The notes: generated from the sequence alone by a model not told the origin. Counted from the first letter of the stretch, positions 18,858 to 28,314 are shown. The stretch: DNA of 48,104 bases from Chitinophagales bacterium (GCA_038199905.1 JBBPYM010000183.1:1-48104), one strand, 5' to 3'. Made by a program: numbers and translations.

Positions 18858-19040
18858 ATCAATGCATTCTTTCCATTCACCGATGGCTTCTCTGTCTACC
18901 TGTTGATCGGGGCTCTCCTTCAGCGTAGTGGATATCAGTGACGATGCCGAACCTTACTCGTTTAAAGTGGTTCGTGGTTAATCCAAGGCCAGACAAGGAA
19001 GTCCGGACATTATGGTTGTTGTTTTTGCAACAAATTGTCG
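18858..19040 (-). pseudogene. 5' remnant of a secreted metallophosphoesterase gene (frameshifted)
   Basis: My own translation of the minus strand gives ...NVRTSLSGLGLTTNHFKRVRFGIVTDIHYAEGEP. This is a signal/Tat-like leader followed by the first DxH metallophosphoesterase motif. After a frame change it continues ...VDREAIGEWKECID up to the TGA at 18855. No ATG and no downstream phosphoesterase motifs are present. Confidence 0.4.
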
Positions 19041-19263
19041 CCTGTTGATATGTTTATGCATTGTCTACCTTGTTTTGTAATTTGGGAATCAGCTTAACTC
19101 TTTGTATACCAACCCAGATGACTATGAAAAACATGGAAACTGAATATTGTGATAATAACTTACAGTATATTTATCTGGCAGTTGGTGGTTTGAATTGCAA
19201 GAGAAAAGATTTTATTCGGCAAGGCACCAGGATATGTTAATCACCTTAGTATAATTAACAAGT

Positions 19264-21276
19264 ATGAGTAAACGAAGAAATTTTTTTATCGTTGTATCAA
19301 TGATTGTGTGCACATTAATGCTTCCATTACAACAGCTGTTTGCTCAACCTACACCAGCCGTCAGGGAAGGAACTCCGCCAGTTTCACTAGTAAGCGAGTT
19401 GAAACCTTTTTACGACATCAATGATCTGCCTGGCTACAGAGATAAAACTATCGTTGGCCAGGTATCTTCTTATGACACCACCGGGGGGAATGATGACGGT
19501 TTTAGTGGTAAATATTCGTTCCTTAGAACACGCTCCGACAGCAGCCTTGTAATATTTGATATTCAGGGTCCAGGAGTAATCAACCGTATCTGGACTCCTA
19601 CACCTTCAGATGACAGTCTCGATTTTTATATAGATGATACTACGCATGCGGCCTTTACTATAAAATACAGGGACCTGTTTTCCGGAAAAGTTTTTCCATT
19701 TGTAGCACCTCTTTGTAATAACCAGCTGGGTGGTTATTATTGCTACCTGCCTATCCCGTTTCAACGCCGGTGCATGATTGTGTATCGTGGTAAAAGAACA
19801 CAGTTTCACCAGATTGGCTACCGGCTTTTCCCTAAAGAAACTGTTGTCAAGAATTTTAAGCCTGAACTCGATGCAAAAGAAAAGGCCTCGCTTCAACAGG
19901 TGAGCAGCTTCTGGAATAAGTCAAATAAAACGGTACAGGATTTTGAATCACAAGGGGTTCAACTATTGCCTATTAAAAGCCGCTTTGAACTTAAGCCGGG
20001 GGAAAAACATACCATTTTACAGGTAAATAAAGGAGGAAGAATTGCGGGACTGGAACTGGAACCCTCGTCATCGTTCGAGGGAATGTTGAAGGATATTGAT
20101 ATTAAAATTACCTGGGACAACGAAGCTAATCCTGCTGTGTATTGCCCTGTTGCCGATTTTTTTGGCTATGCCTTTGGCAAGGCTTCAATGGAAAGCCTGC
20201 TGATTGGAACAAACGGAAACAAAAATTATTGCTATTTTCCAATGCCTTTTGACCGCGCCGCTACCATTGAGCTAATTTACAGAAAATCTAACCCCAAAAA
20301 AATACAGCAGCCATTGCTGATAGGTGCTACTGTTTTTCTGAGCCGGCAAACAAGGAATGTTGAAAAAGAAGGAAAGTTTTATACCTACTGGAACAACCAA
20401 CCTAACCTGCCGATGAACCAGCCCCATGATTTTTTAAAACTTTCAGCTAAAGGTCATTATGTTGGCACCGTATTACAAGCCAGGGGACTGCAGCCTGGAA
20501 TGACGCTATTCTTTGAGGGCGACGATTCCACTATAATAGATGGCAAATTAAGTATGCACGGCACCGGTTCAGAAGATTACTTTAACGGTGGCTGGTATGC
20601 GCTGATGGATCGCTGGGACAACCCTTTCAGTATGCCCTTATCCGGGTCATTGGACTATTCACTACCATTGAGCCGTACAGGCGGTTATCGTTTGTTCCTG
20701 TCTGATAAGCTTACCTTTGCAAAAAATTTTTACCAGTCCATGGAACATGGACCAGAGCACAACAACAGGGCTGCAGCTTATACTTCCGTTGCTTTTTATT
20801 ATGCGGACAAACCACCTGCTGCAACTATTACTCCCAGGTCTGAAGAAACAAAAATTTCCATTCCAGATACGTTGATGGTGTACCCACAGCTTATGAGCCT
20901 GGTTATTGATGGTGATGTATTAATTCAGCACCGCGGAGAAAGTTTTGTGTTTTCTACCGAGCGGGAATCGGGGGTGAGAATTGAATTGCAGGAAATTCCA
21001 TTGGGAAATTATAAATTATTACTCGACTATACAAAACTTCCTCAAGGCGGTTCCTTTTCTTTATGGCAAAGACAAACACCTTTATCAAACTGGATAGACT
21101 CTTACTCAGCAAATACCAATCGATTGAGACAGGAGTATTTAGGCGATCTATCGATTACTTCTTTGAGCCATGCATTAACCATTCGTTTCAGGGCTAATGG
21201 TGATAAAAAGCAGTTTTATCTAAACAGGGTGGTGTTGGTGAGGATTCCAGGTTCGGATAAAAGTATTAGTGATTAA
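19264..21276 (+). CDS. DUF2961 domain protein (CAZy GH172-like), secreted
   Basis: 670 aa with signal peptide ...CTLMLPLQQLFAQ. FFEGDDSTIIDGKLSMHGTGSEDYFNGGWY is the hallmark EGDD...GTG(S/T)EDYF motif of DUF2961. An extra ~150-aa C-terminal region follows. Confidence 0.7.
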   Translation: MSKRRNFFIVVSMIVCTLMLPLQQLFAQPTPAVREGTPPVSLVSELKPFYDINDLPGYRDKTIVGQVSSYDTTGGNDDGFSGKYSFLRTRSDSSLVIFDIQGPGVINRIWTPTPSDDSLDFYIDDTTHAAFTIKYRDLFSGKVFPFVAPLCNNQLGGYYCYLPIPFQRRCMIVYRGKRTQFHQIGYRLFPKETVVKNFKPELDAKEKASLQQVSSFWNKSNKTVQDFESQGVQLLPIKSRFELKPGEKHTILQVNKGGRIAGLELEPSSSFEGMLKDIDIKITWDNEANPAVYCPVADFFGYAFGKASMESLLIGTNGNKNYCYFPMPFDRAATIELIYRKSNPKKIQQPLLIGATVFLSRQTRNVEKEGKFYTYWNNQPNLPMNQPHDFLKLSAKGHYVGTVLQARGLQPGMTLFFEGDDSTIIDGKLSMHGTGSEDYFNGGWYALMDRWDNPFSMPLSGSLDYSLPLSRTGGYRLFLSDKLTFAKNFYQSMEHGPEHNNRAAAYTSVAFYYADKPPAATITPRSEETKISIPDTLMVYPQLMSLVIDGDVLIQHRGESFVFSTERESGVRIELQEIPLGNYKLLLDYTKLPQGGSFSLWQRQTPLSNWIDSYSANTNRLRQEYLGDLSITSLSHALTIRFRANGDKKQFYLNRVVLVRIPGSDKSISD

Positions 21277-21354
21277 AAAAATGGCTTAAAAAAGGTGACC
21301 TTTGTGCCCAGTGATGAGATGGAGGTTGAACTTTTTTGCAAACCAGTCAGCGAC

Positions 21355-21410
21355 GGCTGAAAGCTAACAGCTGATAGCTGAAGGCTCACCCCTTTCAGCT
21401 CCCAGCTAAT
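21355..21410. repeat. AGCTGA-rich short tandem/inverted repeat forming a long-loop hairpin
   Basis: ggctgaaagctaacagctgatagctgaaggctcacccctttcagctcccagcta. gctgaaag (21356-21363) is the exact complement of ctttcagc (21392-21399). The AGCT(G/A)A unit recurs four or more times. Intergenic, between the GH172-like gene and the acyl-CoA dehydrogenase. Confidence 0.6.
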
Positions 21411-21447
21411 AATTCCTTAATTTAGCATCGCATCAAACCAGCCTCTT

Positions 21448-22626
21448 ATGCCTCAAGATCTTTTTCAGTCTCCCGATTACTATTTACTGGATGATTTATT
21501 GACTGAAGAACAAATACTGATCCGTGATACTGTCAGGGCCTATGTTAAAAGAGAGATCTCTCCCATTATTGAAGATTATGCCCAGCGAGCGGAATTTCCG
21601 CAGTTTATCGTAAAACAATTAGGGGAGCTTGGCTGCTTCGGGCCAACCATCCCGGTTGAATATGGCGGCGGTGGACTTGATTATATCTCTTACGGGCTCA
21701 TGATGCAGGAACTTGAAAGAGGCGATAGCGGTGTTAGAAGCACCGCCTCAGTACAGGGTTCCTTGGTGATGTTCCCCATCAATGAATACGGAACAGAAGA
21801 CCAAAAAAGAAAATACTTACCAAAACTAGCTAATGGCGACTGGCTGGGATGTTTTGGACTTACTGAACCTGACCATGGTAGCAACCCTTCCGGTATGTTA
21901 ACCAACATCAAAGAAGATGGCGGTTACTACATCCTTAATGGCAGCAAAATGTGGATTAGTAACGCGCCTTACGCGCAGGTGGCAGTTGTATGGGCTAAAG
22001 ATGAACAGGGTGATATCCGCGGACTTATCGTGGAAAAAGGAATGGAGGGATTTAGTACTCCCTTAACACATGGTAAATGGAGCCTGCGCGCCTCAGCAAC
22101 AGGAGAACTTGTGTTCGACAACGTTAAGGTGCCCAAAGAAAACATTTTTCCCACCATAAAGGGATTAAAAGGACCCTTGAGTTGTTTGTCCAAAGCACGT
22201 TATGGCATCGCCTGGGGCTCAGTTGGGGCAGCAATGGATTGTTACGATACCGCACTCCGATATAGCAAAGAAAGAATTCAATTCGACAGGCCGATCGGTG
22301 GATTTCAATTGCAGCAGAAAAAACTTGCTGAAATGATCACTGAAATTACAAAAGCACAACTACTGAATTGGCGATTGGGCTCGCTTATGAATGAGGGGCG
22401 TGCTACTCCTGCACAAATTAGTATGGCAAAGAGAAATGGCTGTGAAATAGCACAGAACATTAGCCGGGACGCCAGGCAGGTATTAGGAGGAATGGGAATT
22501 ACAGGCGAGTTTTCTGTTATGCGCCATATGATGAATATAGAAAGCGTAATAACTTACGAAGGCACACAAGACATTCACCTGCTGATAACCGGGATGGATA
22601 TAACCGGCCTGAACGCATTTAAATAA
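21448..22626 (+). CDS. Acyl-CoA dehydrogenase, glutaryl-CoA dehydrogenase-like
   Basis: 392 aa. N-terminal DYYLLDDLLTEEQ..., with GLTEPDHGSNPSGM and YEGTQDIH motifs of the ACAD family. The overall pattern resembles GCDH. Confidence 0.85.
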   Translation: MPQDLFQSPDYYLLDDLLTEEQILIRDTVRAYVKREISPIIEDYAQRAEFPQFIVKQLGELGCFGPTIPVEYGGGGLDYISYGLMMQELERGDSGVRSTASVQGSLVMFPINEYGTEDQKRKYLPKLANGDWLGCFGLTEPDHGSNPSGMLTNIKEDGGYYILNGSKMWISNAPYAQVAVVWAKDEQGDIRGLIVEKGMEGFSTPLTHGKWSLRASATGELVFDNVKVPKENIFPTIKGLKGPLSCLSKARYGIAWGSVGAAMDCYDTALRYSKERIQFDRPIGGFQLQQKKLAEMITEITKAQLLNWRLGSLMNEGRATPAQISMAKRNGCEIAQNISRDARQVLGGMGITGEFSVMRHMMNIESVITYEGTQDIHLLITGMDITGLNAFK

Positions 22627-22688
22627 AAGCCGCAGCGCTGGCTCACCCAACCTTCAGTATTTTGGCATTTTCTGCCTAATTTGCAGCC

Positions 22689-23195
22689 ATGAAAATTTTT
22701 CTTATCGGCTTCATGGGTTCAGGCAAAACACACTGGGGGCCGCAGCTTGCAAGTAAAATGGATCTCACCTTTTTTGATCTTGATAAAGTGATCGTTGACA
22801 AAGAAGGAAGGGAAATCGCTGATATATTTACAGAAGATGGAGAAGAATACTTCAGGTATCTTGAAAAGCAAGTGCTTGAAGAAATTGTTGAAAATAACGA
22901 TCAGTTTATAATTTCCTGCGGTGGTGGAACGCCATGTTATTTCAACAATATCCAGTTCATGAAAAAGAAAGGAACTGTTATCTGGCTTAATACCCAGATA
23001 GATATCCTTGTTAACAGGCTATTAAAAGAGAAAGCCAGTCGCCCTGTGCTGAAAGACATTGCCGACGACGAACTAAAGCCTTTTATACTTAAAAAAATTC
23101 TTAATAGAAAACTTTATTACGAGCAGGCGAATATTATCGTTAACGAAGAAAGCCTCTCAGTTGATACCTTTGCTAAAATTATTGTTAATGCATAG
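22689..23195 (+). CDS. aroK: Shikimate kinase
   Basis: 168 aa. P-loop IGFMGSGKT at the N-terminus, then the DLD...E and GGG motifs. Confidence 0.85.
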   Translation: MKIFLIGFMGSGKTHWGPQLASKMDLTFFDLDKVIVDKEGREIADIFTEDGEEYFRYLEKQVLEEIVENNDQFIISCGGGTPCYFNNIQFMKKKGTVIWLNTQIDILVNRLLKEKASRPVLKDIADDELKPFILKKILNRKLYYEQANIIVNEESLSVDTFAKIIVNA

Positions 23196-23580
23196 ATTTT
23201 TTTTAATTATTGGAAGTATTCTTGGTGCGTTGTCAGTTGCACTGGGTGCCTTTGGCGCCCATAGTCTTAAAAAGATCGTCTCTCCCGAGGCTGTCAGTAC
23301 ATTTGAAACCGGCGTCAGGTACCAGTTTTATCACACTTTTGCCTTGCTATTAATAGCGGTGCTTTATGAAAAATTTTCCAACAAATGGCTGGTCTGGGCT
23401 GGCAACAGTTTCATTATCGGAATAATTTTATTTTGCGGCTCCCTGTATATACTAACGCTCTTAAACGCTACAAACAACGTGGGTCTGCGTAAAATCGGCA
23501 TTATTACACCGTTTGGCGGTTTATTTTTTATTGCAGGCTGGCTTTTTTTAATGTGGGGCGTATCGCGCAAGCTTCTGTAA
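23188..23580 (+). CDS. DUF423 family small membrane protein
   Basis: Start taken at ATG 23188 (MHRFFLIIGSILGALSVALGAFGAHSLKK), which overlaps the aroK stop by 8 nt. Four predicted TM helices. GAFGAH is the typical DUF423 motif. Confidence 0.75.
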   Translation: MHRFFLIIGSILGALSVALGAFGAHSLKKIVSPEAVSTFETGVRYQFYHTFALLLIAVLYEKFSNKWLVWAGNSFIIGIILFCGSLYILTLLNATNNVGLRKIGIITPFGGLFFIAGWLFLMWGVSRKLL

Positions 23581-23613
23581 AATTGATGGGTTGTAATCTA
23601 CTTTAAAGAATGA

Positions 23614-25509
23614 TCACAATTTTATCTCAAAGATTGTTCTTGCTCCTCCTGCCTGGTTATTTTCAATTTTGTACGTGCCCTCGATACTCTCGATGCGCTT
23701 CCGGATATTATTTAAGCCGCTGCCAAATTGCCTGAGATTATTAAAATCGATGCCCACACCGTTATCAGTTATTGTAATTAAAAGTTTGTCACCAATATCA
23801 AAGGATATCAATACCTGGCTTGCCTTTGAGTGTTTTAAAACATTGTTTAAAGTCTCTTTAACGGCTAAGAACAGATTTCTTCTTTTGCCGCCGCTGATTT
23901 CAATCGTAGGGAATATTGAAGGGGTTTGTACCCGGCATTCAATGGAAGTGATTTCAAAGAATTCCAATGCGTAAAAGCGTATGTAGGTGACAAGGCTCAC
24001 GATGGAATCGTTTTCACTTTTCATGGTCCATATCAACGTGTCCATCTTATCGATAAGTTCGTTCGCTGAGTTGGAGATCTTGTCAATTTCAGGCAATACG
24101 TCATCCTTCATTTTAGCTTTAATGATGTCGCTCATCAGCTTGATATGTGTGGCGCCGCTGCCAAGCTCATCATGCATGTCTGCCGAAATCCGGTTTCGCT
24201 CATCCTGCTGGGCAGAGAGGATGGCAAGTTGTTTCTCGAAATCCTGCATTTCAGTCCGCAGTTTTAAACGTTCTCTTTCTTTTGTCTGGTCTTCAATGCC
24301 GGCCTTGTTTTTAAAGGCAAGCGCAGTTAGAAAAAACATAAGCTCTGTAACCAGACCTATCTCATAAAAAAGCAGGGCATTATTTAAATACGGTGGAAGA
24401 TAGTTTTTGAATATGCTTGGAAAATTTATCATCAACATGGAAACCAACCCGCAGACTAATAATACGCTATGACCCACAGCAAGGTAGTTGAGCAGTTTAA
24501 TATTTTTCTTGAAAGAATAAATCACAAATACTACCGCCCCGAGAATCCAGACATACTTACTTAGATTTTCTACATTGGTCAGCCAACTATAAGACGCTGT
24601 ATTGAAATACAAATAACTGAAAAGGAATATGCTTATAATAATAAAGACCTGTTCAAACAGCATCATCTTATGTAACCAGGCGAAATTCTTTTTACTATCA
24701 ATGAACTTCCGTAGAAATGTGAGGTATACAAAGGTACCAAGCGATTGTAATATGAAATCAATATACCCTTCAAACAAATTGCTGAAATTTGAAGGCACCC
24801 TGAACAGATATGATTTAATGAAAAACATCAAACCCATACAGAAAGCAAAACCTGCATAGTATAAAAATTCATTGTTCCGGTTTAAAATAAACACGGCAAT
24901 TGAGTAGAAGATCATCATTAGCAGCATCCCTGATAGCACAAAAGTTATTATATTGAATCCTCTCTCCGTATTTTGATGGTAAATGATGTAGGGTTTCAGG
25001 TAATAATCCCGAATAAGTATTGGAGTGAGAACTCGTATGTTCGTTTTCGCGAATTTTAATTTGGCAAAATAAACCATGGTTTGTTTTGACTTAAGTTCCA
25101 TTTTTTTGAAGCCTTCTGTTTCGTCGCTAAATTCCTGTAGAAGTTCTACCTTGTCGCCTGGTTCGTCCAGCCTGTAGAGTTCAAGTGTGCTAAAATAGAT
25201 GCCTGGATGAAAATAGAATCTAACCAGCGAATCCGCCTGGTTGGTCACAGTAAATTTGAGATAAATATCTTTTTGACTGGAACGTGGGGAGATATCAGGA
25301 ACAACGTCTGTGTAGGGCAGGCTGATTATTTGATTGGAACTAATAGCGCGGCCACTGTTTTGAAACCAAACTGAAACGCCTGAAAGCCTTTTTATTAACC
25401 TATACTGGTCGATCCTTACTGTGTCGGACCGGGGAGGTTCTCCTGCCACAACAAGTTTACTCGTGCAGGCAAAAACCAGCAAGAATAGTATGCAGCATTT
25501 CAGTCTCAT
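23614..25509 (-). CDS. 7TMR-DISM type sensor histidine kinase (HisKA_3 + HATPase_c)
   Basis: Start taken at the internal Met (MRLKCCILFLLVFA, signal-like). It has a ~180-aa extracytoplasmic domain, seven hydrophobic helices, a coiled-coil linker, the H-box RISADMHDELGS, and N/G boxes (NNVLKHSKA, DNGVGI, GSGLNNIRKR). Confidence 0.8.
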   Translation of the reverse strand: MRLKCCILFLLVFACTSKLVVAGEPPRSDTVRIDQYRLIKRLSGVSVWFQNSGRAISSNQIISLPYTDVVPDISPRSSQKDIYLKFTVTNQADSLVRFYFHPGIYFSTLELYRLDEPGDKVELLQEFSDETEGFKKMELKSKQTMVYFAKLKFAKTNIRVLTPILIRDYYLKPYIIYHQNTERGFNIITFVLSGMLLMMIFYSIAVFILNRNNEFLYYAGFAFCMGLMFFIKSYLFRVPSNFSNLFEGYIDFILQSLGTFVYLTFLRKFIDSKKNFAWLHKMMLFEQVFIIISIFLFSYLYFNTASYSWLTNVENLSKYVWILGAVVFVIYSFKKNIKLLNYLAVGHSVLLVCGLVSMLMINFPSIFKNYLPPYLNNALLFYEIGLVTELMFFLTALAFKNKAGIEDQTKERERLKLRTEMQDFEKQLAILSAQQDERNRISADMHDELGSGATHIKLMSDIIKAKMKDDVLPEIDKISNSANELIDKMDTLIWTMKSENDSIVSLVTYIRFYALEFFEITSIECRVQTPSIFPTIEISGGKRRNLFLAVKETLNNVLKHSKASQVLISFDIGDKLLITITDNGVGIDFNNLRQFGSGLNNIRKRIESIEGTYKIENNQAGGARTIFEIKL

Positions 25510-25712
25510 AAAACAGCGGTGAAATTCATAATTTAACAGATTGATTATGCATCTTGCCTGTCGCAACTACACTGTTATTTTGCTGCATCGAAAATAACAC
25601 GCTATGATGAACGTTCAATTACTGAAACTACAGCAAATTAATTTACAACATCGTGCAAAACTTCTAATTATTACCAGCCGGGCACAGAAACGTTTACAAA
25701 CCGGATCTGAGT

Positions 25713-25741
25713 TTGCTTATATTCTTACTTTCATATCTTTG
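25713..25741 (+). promoter_or_regulatory. Candidate Bacteroidota promoter TTG-N18-TATCTTTG directly abutting the ftsK start codon
   Basis: TTG at 25713-25715 and TAnnTTTG at 25734-25741. The ATG at 25747 falls about where transcription would be expected to start. Confidence 0.4.
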
Positions 25742-25746
25742 TGACC

Positions 25747-28314
25747 ATGGCAAATAAATTGAAAACGAAGAAGAGCCAAACTCCCGACCCGGAGACTTTA
25801 AAACCGGAGAAGGAGGAGGAAGTGAAAGTGAAACAACTGGTAGAAGATGAACGTACCTATAAGATACTTGGAACAATCTGTATATTGATTGCTGTATTCC
25901 TTTTCATTGCATTTACTTCTTATGTATTTACCTGGCAACAGGACCAGGATGAAGCTTCCCACGCATCTATCTTACTAAACTCCTCCAAGTCGAAGGTGGA
26001 AAACCTGCTGGGAAACCTTGGAGCGTATGTTTCATACCAGTTTTTTGTGAACGGTTTTGGAGTTGCCTCTTTCCTGTTCTGTACTTTCTTTTTTATCCTC
26101 GGGGCTAATTTGTTGTTCGGTAAAAAATTATTTTCTCTTGCCCGTAATCTGAGATACATCATAGTGGGCTTACCGGTGTTGAGCATCGCATTTGCTTTTA
26201 TTACCAGTGGGAGTGTGTTTCATTGGGGTGGCGCCTTTGGCAACATGACCAGTGCCTGGCTCGAACAATTGCTGGGATGGATCGGCACATCGATTTTACT
26301 GGCGATGGCTGGGCTGGCATATTTTATCTGGCGGTTTAACCCTGTGTTTACAGTGCCTAAACTATCTAAAAAACTGGCTCCTGAAGCGGTGCCTGTAGAT
26401 GCTACCAGCAGTGGCGATTACGAAGTTGATGATAGCGACCAGGAAGTGAAGTTGTATATCGAAGAACCTTCCCTGGAAAATAACAAAAAAAGAAAAAATG
26501 TTTTAAAAGAGGAGGGTGGTGTAGTGGTTATTGCCCCCAGGGAGGAAGATGAGAAAAACCCCTACAATGATTTCAAGATAACGGAAAAAAATATCCTGGA
26601 GCTTGAAGTAGTGGATCCAATTAGAGAAATTGAAGAAGATAATTTCTATCCGCCGCTGAACACGGAAAAAGAACCGAAGCCAACCGTTAAACCCAAAATA
26701 GTAGTTCCTGAACCTGACCTTCCGCTGGAAATTAAAAAGTTCATTGCTCCCATCGTTGAGGAAGAGGCACTGGATGAGATGCCTGTTTTTTCCCGAACCA
26801 CGATAGAAGATCCATATGAGCCAACGCTTGATCTGCGCGATTATAAATACCCTTCACTCGATCTTTTAGAAACGCACGGCAGTGAGAAAATCATCCAGGA
26901 CCCGGCAGAACTGGAAACAAACAAAAACCAGATTATTAATACGCTGAAGAATTACGACATAGCTATCCAGAAAATTTCTGCTACTGTGGGTCCTACCGTT
27001 ACGTTGTACGAAATTGTTCCTGCCGCCGGTGTGCGCATTTCAAGGATAAAAAACCTGGAGGATGATATTGCGTTAAGCCTTGCAGCTCTTGGCATACGTA
27101 TCATTGCGCCCATTCCCGGCAAAGGTACCATTGGTATAGAAGTGCCGAATGTGAAGAAAACTATCGTAAGCATGAAATCAATGCTTGCTTCCGAAAAGTT
27201 TCAAACCAACAGTTTCGCACTGCCTATCGCAATCGGCAAAAAAATCGATAACGAAAATTTTATCGTTGACTTAGCTGCCATGCCGCATTTGTTGATGGCT
27301 GGTGCCACCGGCCAGGGTAAATCAGTAGGATTAAACGCTATCCTTGTTTCCTTGCTGTATAAGAAACATCCTTCCCAGCTAAAATTTGTTTTGGTAGATC
27401 CCAAAAAAGTGGAGCTTAGCATATACAAAACAATTGAGCTTCATTTCCTGGCCAAATTACCCGGCGAAGAAGACTCTATCATCACAGATACCAAAAAGGT
27501 GATTCATACCTTAAATGCATTGTGTATTGAAATGGATAACCGTTATGACCTCTTAAAAGAAGCAGGCACCAGGAACATAAAGGAATACAACGAAAAGTTT
27601 ATCAAAAGAAAGCTTAACCCACAAAAAGGTCACCAGTACCTGCCATTTATAGTATTGGTGATTGATGAATTTGCCGACCTCATAATGACGGCGGGCAAGG
27701 AGGTGGAAATGCCTATAGCCCGATTGGCGCAATTGGCAAGGGCTGTAGGTATTCACCTGATCATAGCCACACAAAGACCATCGGTAAATATCATTACTGG
27801 TACCATAAAAGCAAATTTCCCGGCGCGTATAGCGTTTAAAGTGTCCTCCAAGATCGATTCCCGCACCATCCTGGATACCGGTGGCGCGGAACAACTTATT
27901 GGCAAGGGAGATATGCTGATTTCCTACAACGGTGAACTAACGCGGTTGCAGTGTGCTTTCGTAGATACGCCGGAAGTAGAAGAGGTAACCGATTTTATCG
28001 GACGCCAGCGCGGTTACCCGCAACCCTTCCTGCTCCCCGAATATGTTGATGAAAAGGAAATGGATGGTAAGAACTTTGATCTCAATGAAAAAGATCCGCT
28101 CTTTGAAGACGCCGCCCGGCTGATCGTACAGAACCAGATGGGCTCCACATCATTACTACAGAGAAGGATGAAACTTGGTTACAACAGGGCCGGAAGGCTT
28201 ATGGATCAACTTGAAGCTACGGGTGTTGTTGGACCAAACCAGGGCAGCAAAGTGCGCGATGTGCTGATAAAAACGGAAGCAGACCTTGATCAGCACTTAA
28301 GCAACATCATTTAA
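25747..28314 (+). CDS. ftsK: DNA translocase FtsK
   Basis: About 855 aa. N-terminal TM helices and a long acidic/proline linker. The motor domain has Walker A GATGQGKS, DEFADL and the RPS...ITG motif. The C-terminal gamma domain has LLQRRMKLGYNRAGRLMDQLE. Confidence 0.9.
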   Translation: MANKLKTKKSQTPDPETLKPEKEEEVKVKQLVEDERTYKILGTICILIAVFLFIAFTSYVFTWQQDQDEASHASILLNSSKSKVENLLGNLGAYVSYQFFVNGFGVASFLFCTFFFILGANLLFGKKLFSLARNLRYIIVGLPVLSIAFAFITSGSVFHWGGAFGNMTSAWLEQLLGWIGTSILLAMAGLAYFIWRFNPVFTVPKLSKKLAPEAVPVDATSSGDYEVDDSDQEVKLYIEEPSLENNKKRKNVLKEEGGVVVIAPREEDEKNPYNDFKITEKNILELEVVDPIREIEEDNFYPPLNTEKEPKPTVKPKIVVPEPDLPLEIKKFIAPIVEEEALDEMPVFSRTTIEDPYEPTLDLRDYKYPSLDLLETHGSEKIIQDPAELETNKNQIINTLKNYDIAIQKISATVGPTVTLYEIVPAAGVRISRIKNLEDDIALSLAALGIRIIAPIPGKGTIGIEVPNVKKTIVSMKSMLASEKFQTNSFALPIAIGKKIDNENFIVDLAAMPHLLMAGATGQGKSVGLNAILVSLLYKKHPSQLKFVLVDPKKVELSIYKTIELHFLAKLPGEEDSIITDTKKVIHTLNALCIEMDNRYDLLKEAGTRNIKEYNEKFIKRKLNPQKGHQYLPFIVLVIDEFADLIMTAGKEVEMPIARLAQLARAVGIHLIIATQRPSVNIITGTIKANFPARIAFKVSSKIDSRTILDTGGAEQLIGKGDMLISYNGELTRLQCAFVDTPEVEEVTDFIGRQRGYPQPFLLPEYVDEKEMDGKNFDLNEKDPLFEDAARLIVQNQMGSTSLLQRRMKLGYNRAGRLMDQLEATGVVGPNQGSKVRDVLIKTEADLDQHLSNII

